Source: Nanobdellota archaeon
GTDB taxonomy: Archaea; Nanobdellota; Nanobdellia; Pacearchaeales; GW2011-AR1
NCBI GenBank assembly: GCA_038044925.1
Contig: JBBSZC010000006.1
Location: forward strand, 1 to 57,985
Direction of reading: 5' to 3'
Length of the DNA stretch: 57,985 nt
The notes below the pieces were generated by a model. That model saw nothing but the letters and a program-made list of their open reading frames with translations, was not told the origin of the DNA and searched no databases. The first letter of the stretch is position 1. Each line of letters opens with the position of its first letter. Position numbers and translations under genes: made by a program. Of the stretch, positions 45,774 to 54,720 are shown piece by piece.

Positions 45774-45814
45774 ATCAACACTTTTTTAAACATAGTTCTA
45801 TATTACTTTTATAT

Positions 45815-45957
45815 GGCTTCGTAGCTCAGCCTGGTTAGAGCACTAGCCTTTTAATTCGTATGAGGAACCTAGGTTCCTCCTAACAAGTCACCACCTCCTC
45901 TAAGAGAAGGTGATAAAGGACAGCTAGGTGTCGGGGGTTCAAATCCCCTCGAGGCCA
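45815..45957 (+). tRNA. tRNA-Lys (UUU) with a ~68-nt intron at the canonical 37/38 position
   Basis: Acceptor ggcttcg/cgaggcc, D arm gctc-agcctggtta-gagc, anticodon stem ctagc(45843-47)/gctag(45923-27), loop ctTTTa, T arm ggggg-ttcaaat-cccct. The intron (~45854-45921) holds the perfect palindrome gaggaacctaggttcctc. Confidence 0.85.
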
Positions 45958-46140
45958 TATTAATTAATTCCCCTATATCTGATTCTTTGTCCAAATTGCA
46001 AATCTATTTATTGGAATAAACCAAAGAGAAAGAGCAATTAATTTTTTAAGTCAAATAACTCCCGCTTACGTTACAACGCATTAAAAGCGTATGGGGGTTC
46101 ATGACATATGTCCTGATCTTATACACAACGCATTAAAGGC

Positions 46141-46198
46141 GGCTTTGCACAATAACTAGATGACTTTTTGTGCAAGAATGACTTTATTGTGCAAAGCC
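46141..46198. repeat. 15-bp perfect inverted repeat ggctttgcacaataa / ttattgtgcaaagcc
   Basis: Arms at 46141-46155 and 46184-46198. Flanked by three CATTAAA(A/G)GCG copies. Confidence 0.7.
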
Positions 46199-46287
46199 AT
46201 TAAAAGCGAAAGGTTTTTAAATTAAATTTTGATAATTTTTAGTATTGTAAAGTTGTTAAATTGCTATTAAAATTTATGCCTCATAGC

Positions 46288-46304
46288 AGAAAATTTTAAA
46301 TACC
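46288..46304 (+). promoter_or_regulatory. Putative BRE/TATA for the rpoH operon
   Basis: agaaaattttaaatacc lies about 70 nt upstream of the rpoH ATG. Confidence 0.3.
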
Positions 46305-46376
46305 TAAAAATTCACAACTTTGTGCTAATAAATTTCATGCCTTCCATCCCCTAAAACTATTTAAAAATTATATAAA

Positions 46377-46583
46377 ATGCATATTCTTCAACCAAAACAT
46401 TCAAAAACGAGCGAGAAAGAAGTTCATGAAATTTTAGTAAAATTAAATGTTTCTAAATCGCAATTGCCAAAAATTCTTTTAACAGATCCTGCACTTCCTG
46501 AAGGGTGCAATGTTGGAGATATAATTAAAGTAGAAAGGAAAGAAGATAGTAAAGTTTTCTTTTATTATCGTGTTGTTGTTTAA
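46377..46583 (+). CDS. rpoH: RNA polymerase subunit H (Rpo5)
   Basis: HILQPKHSK..SQLPKILLTDPA..GDIIKVER pattern; position before rpoB. Confidence 0.85.
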   Translation: MHILQPKHSKTSEKEVHEILVKLNVSKSQLPKILLTDPALPEGCNVGDIIKVERKEDSKVFFYYRVVV

Positions 46584-46591
46584 TTTCTGAA

Positions 46592-49500
46592 ATGGATAAA
46601 CACTTAATCGTAAAAAAATATCTTGAGGAACATTCTCTTGTAGAATCAAACATAATTTCTTTCAATGAATTTATAGATAAAAAAATTAAGGAGATTGTTG
46701 AAGATCTCTCTGGAAACATGAACTCAGAAGACTTTGAAATAACATTTGGAAAAATTGAAATAGGAAGACCACAAGTTATTGAAGCAGATGGAAGCACTTC
46801 CCTAATAACTCCTGCTGAAGCAAGACTAAGAAATTTAACTTATTCTGCCCCGATTCATCTTGAAATAAGCGTTAGAAAAGGAGAACAGACTGATTCTCAA
46901 ATTGTTGAAATAGGAAAAATTCCTATATTAGTGAAAAGCAAAAACTGCAACACCCATGGAATGTCAAAAGAAGAATTGATAAAAAACTACAATGATCCAT
47001 TGGATACAGGCGGATATTTTATAATTAATGGAAATGAAAGAGTAATGATAATGGTAGAAGATTTGGCTGAAAACCAGGCTTTTATTGAAAATGATTCTAA
47101 AGGAAATTTGATGTTGAGAATGTTCTCGTTAAAAGGAACTTATAGGATTCCTGTTTCAATAACAGAAAATAAAGAAGGACTTTTTGAAATCTCTTTCAGC
47201 AGATTCAAAAATATTCCTGCAATAATTATCCTAAAATCTCTTGGATTAATAAAAGAATCAGAAATATCCAAGCTGATAGGAAAGGAAACAGACAGCGTTA
47301 TTGTAAATCTCTACGAATTTGCAAATATAGCAACTTCTGAAGACGCAATGATGTATATTGCAGAGAAAACTGCATTGCAAGGAACAAAAAAAGAAATTCT
47401 TGATAGAGTTAAACAGAGGATTGATTCATATTTATTCCCCCATATGGGACAGAAAAAAGAGGATAGAATTAAAAAAGCAATAACATTATGCAAACTTATA
47501 AAACAATTTTTAATTGCAAAAGATAATCCTCAATTAAGGACAGATAAAGACCATTATGCGAATAAAAGAGTGAGGCTTTCCGGGGATTTACTTTCAAGTT
47601 TATTCAGGGTTAATTTAAGCATTTTAATGAGAGATGTCCAATATTCTCTTCAGAAAGCATCAAAAAGAAAAAAATTTTTCTCGATAAGAACTATAGCAAA
47701 ATCAACTTTATTCTCACATAGAATTGAATCAGCAATAGCAACAGGAAGCTGGACAGGAGAAAGGTCTGGAATTACACAAAATATGGATAAGACAAATTAT
47801 CTCGCTACAATTTCACAGTTACAAAGAGTTTCTTCTATGCTTCCAGGAGAGCAGGAGAATTTTAAAGCAAGAACCCTTCATCCAACCCACTATGGCAGAT
47901 TCTGCCCAATTGAAACACCAGAAGGAACAGAGATCGGACTTAGAAAAAATCTTGGAATTTTGGCTAAAGTTTCCACAATAGTGGATTTAGATTTAAATAA
48001 ATTTATGAAAATGCTAGAATCAATTGGATTAAATAAAGAAATAAGCGGTACAGAAGTTTTCTTTAATGGAATATTTATCGGAAGTGTGCTTAAACCTAAA
48101 GAATTTGTTGAAGTTATTAAATATAAAAGAAGAAACAATGAACTTCCTATACAAATGAATTTCAGAAACGATGAAACTCTGCAGACAGTTGTTATTTCTA
48201 CTGAACCAGGAAGAGTTTTAAGGCCTTTGATAATTGTAGAAAATGGAATTTCAAAACTTACAAATGAACATTTAGTTGAATTAGAGCAGGGAAATTTGAA
48301 ATGGAATAATCTTGTAGAAAAAGGAATAATTGAATATCTCGATGCTGGTGAGGAAGAAAATTGTTTGGTTTCATTATATAAAGAAGAAGTAACTCCTGAA
48401 CACACTCATCTTGAAATTGATCCTATGGACTTGCTTGGAGTTGTTACAAGCTTAGTTCCTTATGGAAATCACGACCAGAGTTCAAGGCTTAACAGAGGAA
48501 GCAAGACACAAAAGCAGGCTTTAGGTTTGTATGCTGCAAATTATCCCTGCAGATTAGATACAGATGTAAGCATTTTAGAATATCCGCAAAAACCAGTTGT
48601 TAGAAGTTTTGTTTATGATACTTTGAATACATATCCTGCAGGACAAAATCTTGTTGTTGCTATAATGACTTATGAGGGATATAATATGGAAGATGCACTT
48701 GTATTAAATAAAGGAAGTCTTGATAGGGGAGTTGGAAGAAGCTATTATTTCAGGCCTTATTCTGCAGTTGAAATGAATTATGCAGGAGGATTAAAAGACG
48801 AAATATTAATCCCAGACAAAGATACTTCTGGATATAAAATGGAATCTAGTTATAGATTGTTAGAGAATGATGGTATAATTTTCCCTGAAGCAGAAGTTAA
48901 TGAAGGAGATGTATTAATTGGCAAGATTTCTCCGCCAAAATTCTTGTCTGAAGCAAGAGAAATTTCAATCAAAACAAAAAAAGAAGCCAGTGTTTCTATG
49001 AGGCAGGAAGAAAGCGGAGTTATAGACGCTGTTTTTATCACAGAAGATGGAGAAGGAAATAAAATTATTCATGTAAGAACAAGAGATCAGAGAATTCCGG
49101 AATTAGGAGATAAGTTTGCTACTGCTCATGGTCAGAAAGGAGTTATTGGTGCAATTATTCCTGAAGAAGATATTCCTTTTACCGCAAGCGGAATCAAGCC
49201 AGATGTAATTTTCAATCCTCATGGTCTTCCAAGCCGTATGACTGTTGGTTATCTTTTAGAATTAATGGCGGGAAAGGTTGGATGTTTGAAGGGAGAGGTT
49301 ATGGATGGAACTTCATTTTCAGGGGTAAGTAAAAAAGAATTAGAAGAGAAAATGAAAGAATTAGGATTTAGATATGATGGTAAAGAAACAATGTATAATG
49401 GCATTACAGGAAAAAGAATGGAAGCTAAAATATTTGTTGGAAATTTATATTATTTAAAATTAAAATATATGGTAAGAAACAAAATCCATGGAAGAGCTTC

Positions 49501-49840
49501 TGGAAAAGTTGCATTGCTTACAAGACAGCCTGTAGAAGGAAGGTCAAGAGGAGGAGCCTTAAGATTAGGGGAAATGGAGCAACAGGCATTAGTTGCACAT
49601 GGAGCATCATTATTATTAAAAGAAAGATATGATTCTGATAAAGTAACCCTGCATATATGTTCAGAATGCGGAAGCATTGGAATAAATGACACAATAAGAA
49701 ACAGAATTATCTGTCCATTGTGCGGAAGCGAGCATGTCGAGCCAGTGGAAATATCTTATGCTTTCAAATTATTAATAGAAGAATTACAAGGATTGCATAT
49801 ACACACATCATTCAATTTAAAGAATAAATATGATAAGTAA
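46592..49840 (+). CDS. rpoB: RNA polymerase subunit B (unsplit)
   Basis: GYFIINGNERV, HYGRFCPIETPEG, GYNMEDA, GQKGV and GEMEQQA, plus the C-terminal CSECG..CPLCG zinc ribbon. Confidence 0.95.
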   Translation: MDKHLIVKKYLEEHSLVESNIISFNEFIDKKIKEIVEDLSGNMNSEDFEITFGKIEIGRPQVIEADGSTSLITPAEARLRNLTYSAPIHLEISVRKGEQTDSQIVEIGKIPILVKSKNCNTHGMSKEELIKNYNDPLDTGGYFIINGNERVMIMVEDLAENQAFIENDSKGNLMLRMFSLKGTYRIPVSITENKEGLFEISFSRFKNIPAIIILKSLGLIKESEISKLIGKETDSVIVNLYEFANIATSEDAMMYIAEKTALQGTKKEILDRVKQRIDSYLFPHMGQKKEDRIKKAITLCKLIKQFLIAKDNPQLRTDKDHYANKRVRLSGDLLSSLFRVNLSILMRDVQYSLQKASKRKKFFSIRTIAKSTLFSHRIESAIATGSWTGERSGITQNMDKTNYLATISQLQRVSSMLPGEQENFKARTLHPTHYGRFCPIETPEGTEIGLRKNLGILAKVSTIVDLDLNKFMKMLESIGLNKEISGTEVFFNGIFIGSVLKPKEFVEVIKYKRRNNELPIQMNFRNDETLQTVVISTEPGRVLRPLIIVENGISKLTNEHLVELEQGNLKWNNLVEKGIIEYLDAGEEENCLVSLYKEEVTPEHTHLEIDPMDLLGVVTSLVPYGNHDQSSRLNRGSKTQKQALGLYAANYPCRLDTDVSILEYPQKPVVRSFVYDTLNTYPAGQNLVVAIMTYEGYNMEDALVLNKGSLDRGVGRSYYFRPYSAVEMNYAGGLKDEILIPDKDTSGYKMESSYRLLENDGIIFPEAEVNEGDVLIGKISPPKFLSEAREISIKTKKEASVSMRQEESGVIDAVFITEDGEGNKIIHVRTRDQRIPELGDKFATAHGQKGVIGAIIPEEDIPFTASGIKPDVIFNPHGLPSRMTVGYLLELMAGKVGCLKGEVMDGTSFSGVSKKELEEKMKELGFRYDGKETMYNGITGKRMEAKIFVGNLYYLKLKYMVRNKIHGRASGKVALLTRQPVEGRSRGGALRLGEMEQQALVAHGASLLLKERYDSDKVTLHICSECGSIGINDTIRNRIICPLCGSEHVEPVEISYAFKLLIEELQGLHIHTSFNLKNKYDK

Positions 49841-50102
49841 GATGGAAAAAAGAAAATTTGTTAAAAAAAATTTGTTTGAATTAATTGGATTAGCAATATG
49901 TGCATGGAATATTAGTTACTTTGGATATGCAGATTATAAAATAACTAAAAATTTAATTGATAGCGCTTATGTAACTGAAACTATAGTTCCTGAAACACCG
50001 AGATTATCTTCAGATAAAATATATTCAATTCACCCTATTCCTGGGACAGATAGATTAGAAATAAATGTAACTCCTATAAATAAAAATTTAGAAAACAAAT
50101 AA
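49830..50102 (+). CDS. Hypothetical single-TM protein inserted between rpoB and rpoA
   Basis: Overlaps the rpoB stop by 11 nt and ends 3 nt before rpoA. One hydrophobic helix. Confidence 0.45.
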   Translation: MISKMEKRKFVKKNLFELIGLAICAWNISYFGYADYKITKNLIDSAYVTETIVPETPRLSSDKIYSIHPIPGTDRLEINVTPINKNLENK

Positions 50103-50105
50103 AAA

Positions 50106-53100
50106 ATGGTAGAAAAACCAATAAGAAAACAAATTAAGGAAATAAGCTTTGTTTTGCTTAATCCTGAGCAGATTAGAAAATTATCAGTTGCAAAAATTGT
50201 AACTCCTGAGCTCTATGATATCGACGGATATCCTGTTGATGGCGGATTAATGGATCTAAAGCTTGGAGCTATTGATCCTGGAGTAAGATGCAGAACTTGC
50301 GGCGGAAGATTAAAGGAGTGTTTAGGACATCCTGGAGGTATAGATTTAGCAAGAGCTGTAATTCATTTGAAATATGTTCCTATAATAGAAATGGGATTGA
50401 AATGTTTCTGTGTAGAGTGTGGAAAATTATTAATTAAAGATAAAGATATGAATAAATATACTCCTGCTCAAAAAGCAAAAAAGGCAAAAGATGCAAGCAA
50501 GTGCCCGTACTGCGGAGCTGAACACGAAAAAATAAAATTAGACAAACCTACTAACTTCTATGTTGGAAAGAAGAGATTATTTCCTACTGAAATAAGAGAA
50601 ATGCTGGTAAAGGTTCCTGATGAGGAATTGAAAAAAATAGGAATTAATGTAAAAACTTGCAGGCCAGAGTGGGCTGTTTTAACTTCCCTATTAGTTCCTC
50701 CTGTAACAGTAAGGCCAAGCATTATTCTTGAAACAGGTGAAAGAAGTGAAGATGATTTAACGCATAAACTCTCTGATATAATAAGAGCTAATCAAAGACT
50801 TTGGGAAAACTTAAATGCTGGTGCCCCGGAAGTTATTATTGAAGATTTATGGGATTTATTGCAATTTCATATAACAACTTTCTTTGATAACACAGTTTCT
50901 AGAATTCCTCCTGCAAGGCATAGAAGCGGACAGCCATTAAAAACAATCACAGAAAGAATTAAGGGCAAGGAAGGAAGAATAAGAAAAAACCTTGCTGGCA
51001 AGAGAGTAAACTATTCCGGAAGAACAGTGATTTCTCCTGATCCTTATTTGAATATAAATGAAATTGGTGTCCCTATTGAAATTGCAAAAACTGTTACTGT
51101 CAGCGAGACTGCTACTGATTTGAATATAAAAAGATTAAAAAAACTTATAGAATCAGAGGATTATCCTGGAGCTAATTACATAATAAGGCCAGATGGAAAA
51201 AGAAAGAAAATTACTCCTGATTTAAAAGAAGAAATTTTAAATGAGTTAGTTACTGGTTATAAAGTTGAGAGGCATTTACAGGATGGGGATATTGTTTTAT
51301 TTAATAGACACCCGAGCCTTCACAGAGGAAGTTTAATGGCTCATTATGTAAAAGTTCTTCCAGGAAGAACTTTCAGACTGCATCCTGCTGTAGCTTTCCC
51401 ATACAATGCAGACTTTGATGGTGATGAGATGAATATTCACTCTCCTCAAACAGAAGAAGCAAGAGCAGAAGCAAAAATACTTTTAGATGTAAAGAATAAT
51501 TTGATTTCCCCTAAGAATAATACCAACATGATTGGTACTATTTCAGACGCTGTTACTGGAAATTATCTTTTAGGTTTAAGAAAATTGACAAAAGAAGATG
51601 CAGATCAGATTTTATTTGGATCAGGAATAATTCCCTCATTCAGCAAAAAAATAATAGATGGAAAAGAAATAATTTCTGCTGTGCTCCCTAATAAAGTCAA
51701 CTATGGCGATAAATCAAAGAATTGTTTAGGAAAAGACTGCAAACATTATGAAAATTGCAGAAAAACAAAATGTGAAGATAATGCTTATGTCAAAATTGAG
51801 GATGGGGTGTTTATAAGCGGAAATGTGGATAAAAATACTTTCTGTGTTGAAGATGGCTTGTTAATTAAAGTAATGGATAAGCAGGTTGGGAGAGTAGAAA
51901 CAATGCGTACTATAAAAGATATATTTGCTTTAGGGACAAATTATCTTTCTAATATTGGAATCACAATATCGGTTGAAGATTTAGATTTGAATGAAGAAGT
52001 AATAAAACAAGGAGAGGAAATTGTCAAGAAAGCAGAAGAAAAAACAAACGAGCTGATAGAAGCGTGGAGAAATAAAACTCTTGAAATTATTCCAGGAAAA
52101 AACGAGGAAGAATCAAGAGAAATAAAAATCCTTCAGGTTTTGAATGAAGTTAGAACAAAAATAGGTAAGATAGTCAAGCAAGAATTTCCTGACAATAATC
52201 CTGTTAGTTATATGATTAAATCTGGTGGCGGAGGAAATATACTTAATGTAACCCAGATGGCATGTTGTGTTGGACAGCAGGCGATGAATGGAAAAAGAAT
52301 TGATATTGGATATACAGGAAGAACTTTATCATTCTTCAAGAACGGAGATTTATCTCCAAGAGCAAGAGGCTTCATAAATTCTCCTTTTATAAAAGGATTA
52401 AGGCCTGATGAATTTTTCTTTGGAGCAATAACAGGAAGAGATTCATTGATGGATACTGCATTGAGAACTCCAAAATCTGGTTATTTGTATAGGAGATTAG
52501 CAAGTGCATTGCAAGATTTGAGAGTAGAATATGATAAAACAGTAAGAGACGGAAACAACAATATTATACAATTCAAATATGGTGATGATGGTTTGGATGT
52601 AGCAACACAGCATCTTGAAGAAGAAATACAGCCGGGAGAGGCAATAGGAATAGTAACTGCCCAGAGCTTTGGTGAACCGTCAACACAAATGGCTCTTAAT
52701 GTATTCCACTTTGCCGGAGTAGCCGAGATGCAGATAACTACAGGACTTCCAAGACTTATAGAAATATTTGACACAAGGAAAAAACCTTCTTCACCTAAAA
52801 TGGAAATTTATCTTGAAAAAGATTATAATGACGATAAAAACGCCAGAATATTTGCCGAGAAGATAAAAGAAGTCATTTTAAAGGAAATTTCATCTCAAGT
52901 AAGCATAGACTTTAGTGACAAGAAAATTGAAATAAAAATAGATGATAAATCATTAAGGCAGATTCATATGTCTATGAAAAAAGTGGTTGAAAGATTAATT
53001 GACAGTGGATTTAAAGTTAGAGAAAAATCAGATTCAGTTGTTCTTGATGTAAAAGACTCAAACTTCAAAGAAATTTACAGGCTAAAAGAGAAAATAAAAT

Positions 53101-53669
53101 CAACATCCATTTCTGGAGTAAAAGGAGTAAAACAAATTCTAATAGTAAAGAGAGGAAAAGACTTTGTTATACAGACTCTTGGAACAAATCTTAAAGATAT
53201 GCTTAAAATGAAAGAAATTGACAAAGAAAGAATAATTTCCAATGATTTATTTGAAGTTGCTGAAGTATTTGGGATAGAGGCTGGAAGGCAATTAATTATT
53301 AATGAAATAAAAAATGTAATTGAAACTCAAGGACTTGATATTGATATCAAACATTTGAAGTTAGTTGCTGATTCAATGTGCAATAGTGGAGTGATAAGGG
53401 GGGTTACGAGAATGGGGATTATTGCACAAAAATCTTCTATACTTGCAAGAGCAACATTTGAGACTCCTGTAAAACAATTCGTAAATTCAACTGTCAAGGG
53501 AACAAAGGATAAATTAGCAAGTGTAATTGAAAATATTATATTAAATCAGCCTGTCCCTATTGGTACAGGGCTGCCTGGTCTTCTTGTAAAAGTTATCGGC
53601 CCTTTAATTAAAGAAGAGAAAGATAAAAAAATAGCCAGCAAAAAAATAGTTGAGAGAGCAAACAAATAA
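50106..53669 (+). CDS. rpoA: RNA polymerase subunit A, A' and A'' encoded as one polypeptide
   Basis: N-terminal Zn motifs, NADFDGDEMN, and the bridge helix (GRDSLMDTALRTPKSGYLYRRL), followed in frame by the A''-type trigger loop (SFGEPSTQMALNVFHFAG). 1187 aa with no internal stop. Confidence 0.95.
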   Translation: MVEKPIRKQIKEISFVLLNPEQIRKLSVAKIVTPELYDIDGYPVDGGLMDLKLGAIDPGVRCRTCGGRLKECLGHPGGIDLARAVIHLKYVPIIEMGLKCFCVECGKLLIKDKDMNKYTPAQKAKKAKDASKCPYCGAEHEKIKLDKPTNFYVGKKRLFPTEIREMLVKVPDEELKKIGINVKTCRPEWAVLTSLLVPPVTVRPSIILETGERSEDDLTHKLSDIIRANQRLWENLNAGAPEVIIEDLWDLLQFHITTFFDNTVSRIPPARHRSGQPLKTITERIKGKEGRIRKNLAGKRVNYSGRTVISPDPYLNINEIGVPIEIAKTVTVSETATDLNIKRLKKLIESEDYPGANYIIRPDGKRKKITPDLKEEILNELVTGYKVERHLQDGDIVLFNRHPSLHRGSLMAHYVKVLPGRTFRLHPAVAFPYNADFDGDEMNIHSPQTEEARAEAKILLDVKNNLISPKNNTNMIGTISDAVTGNYLLGLRKLTKEDADQILFGSGIIPSFSKKIIDGKEIISAVLPNKVNYGDKSKNCLGKDCKHYENCRKTKCEDNAYVKIEDGVFISGNVDKNTFCVEDGLLIKVMDKQVGRVETMRTIKDIFALGTNYLSNIGITISVEDLDLNEEVIKQGEEIVKKAEEKTNELIEAWRNKTLEIIPGKNEEESREIKILQVLNEVRTKIGKIVKQEFPDNNPVSYMIKSGGGGNILNVTQMACCVGQQAMNGKRIDIGYTGRTLSFFKNGDLSPRARGFINSPFIKGLRPDEFFFGAITGRDSLMDTALRTPKSGYLYRRLASALQDLRVEYDKTVRDGNNNIIQFKYGDDGLDVATQHLEEEIQPGEAIGIVTAQSFGEPSTQMALNVFHFAGVAEMQITTGLPRLIEIFDTRKKPSSPKMEIYLEKDYNDDKNARIFAEKIKEVILKEISSQVSIDFSDKKIEIKIDDKSLRQIHMSMKKVVERLIDSGFKVREKSDSVVLDVKDSNFKEIYRLKEKIKSTSISGVKGVKQILIVKRGKDFVIQTLGTNLKDMLKMKEIDKERIISNDLFEVAEVFGIEAGRQLIINEIKNVIETQGLDIDIKHLKLVADSMCNSGVIRGVTRMGIIAQKSSILARATFETPVKQFVNSTVKGTKDKLASVIENIILNQPVPIGTGLPGLLVKVIGPLIKEEKDKKIASKKIVERANK

Positions 53670-53692
53670 GAGTATTAAAAAGATATAACAAT

Positions 53693-54151
53693 ATGGAATG
53701 TAATGTTAGAATTCATCTTTGGCATTCATCAGATAAAAAATTTGGGGGTTATCACTATTATGAATCAGAAAGATTTTGTGATTTTCAGATAGAAATTCCA
53801 AAAGAATTTTATCCTGTAGGAGAAATTAAATCACTAACATTGGGGCCATTTGCTATTCAAGACGTACAAGGAGGAAATAGAAATTTTTCTTTGCCTTTAG
53901 GAAATGTTGAGAGAGTTGAATACCCCTTAAATAAAAATCCTCTCATACATACTAAATTGCTTGGTTCTAGCGTTGTTATGAGTTTGTATCCACTATTTCA
54001 TTGCAGTGGAAGTAAGGAAGATGAAGATAAATTAACTTTTGAAATATATAGAAGGATATTACAAAAAATAAAAAAGTCTAGATTAGTCCCCCATAATAAT
54101 CAATTAGAAATTTCGTTGGGGGATATAAATCCATTATTGACTTTACATTAA
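53693..54151 (+). CDS. Hypothetical protein occupying the slot where rpl30e usually lies
   Basis: 152 aa with no resemblance to L30e/L7Ae motifs. Confidence 0.45.
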   Translation: MECNVRIHLWHSSDKKFGGYHYYESERFCDFQIEIPKEFYPVGEIKSLTLGPFAIQDVQGGNRNFSLPLGNVERVEYPLNKNPLIHTKLLGSSVVMSLYPLFHCSGSKEDEDKLTFEIYRRILQKIKKSRLVPHNNQLEISLGDINPLLTLH

Positions 54152-54202
54152 AAAACAAACAAATAACAATACGTTTATAAATAAATTAAAACTCAAAAAG
54201 AA

Positions 54203-54619
54203 ATGGGGAATACAATTGATATGCAGGATATGAGGTACATAAATCTCTTTGGAAAAATTACTCAGGTGAATACAAGATTCTGCTTCAAATATAATGATAT
54301 GATAATATTTGCTGTTCCGGAAAAATTAATTTCCAAGGCAATTGGACTTGGCGGAAAAAACATAAAAAAAATAAGCGGGACACTAAATAGGAAAATAAAA
54401 GTCATAAAAAGTTTGAATGGGGAAGAGGATGCAAGAAGATTTATTGCAGATATTGTCAGCCCTGTAACTTTTAGGGATTTAGAGATTAGAGAAAATGAAA
54501 TAATAATTGCTGCAGGAAGCCAGAATAAGGCTGCTTTAATAGGAAGAAATAGAAGAAGATTTATTGAACTGCAGAAGATTGTTAAAAATTATTTCAGCAA
54601 AGACTTAAAGATTATTTAG
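54203..54619 (+). CDS. nusA: Archaeal NusA-like termination factor (two KH domains)
   Basis: GLGGKNIKKI and LIGRNRRRF GXXG-type KH loops; operon position. Confidence 0.85.
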   Translation: MGNTIDMQDMRYINLFGKITQVNTRFCFKYNDMIIFAVPEKLISKAIGLGGKNIKKISGTLNRKIKVIKSLNGEEDARRFIADIVSPVTFRDLEIRENEIIIAAGSQNKAALIGRNRRRFIELQKIVKNYFSKDLKII

Positions 54620-54720
54620 GGATAAATTTAAAAACCGAATTTGTTAATTTAACCTATTCATAATTGTTGAATTTAAATTCAAAATAAAACTGCGCCTACG
54701 CGCAGAGTATATTAAATATT

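Noticed and set aside
45854-45921. C/D-box sRNA embedded in the tRNA-Lys intron
   Set aside because: Only a weak gtgataa C-box-like string is present, with no CUGA D box in the right position.
46525-52774. Short ORFs overlapping rpoH, rpoB and rpoA (46525-46797, 47311-47493, 47890-48405, 48850-49041, 49450-49692, 52481-52774)
   Set aside because: All are antisense shadow ORFs within highly conserved RNAP genes.
39957-53669. Inteins in nrdJ, rpoB or rpoA
   Set aside because: Protein lengths and motif spacing are consistent with uninterrupted hosts. The Cys-rich stretch in rpoA (NYGDKSKNCLGKDCKHYENCRKTKCED, ~nt 51700-51790) is short and lacks intein block motifs.
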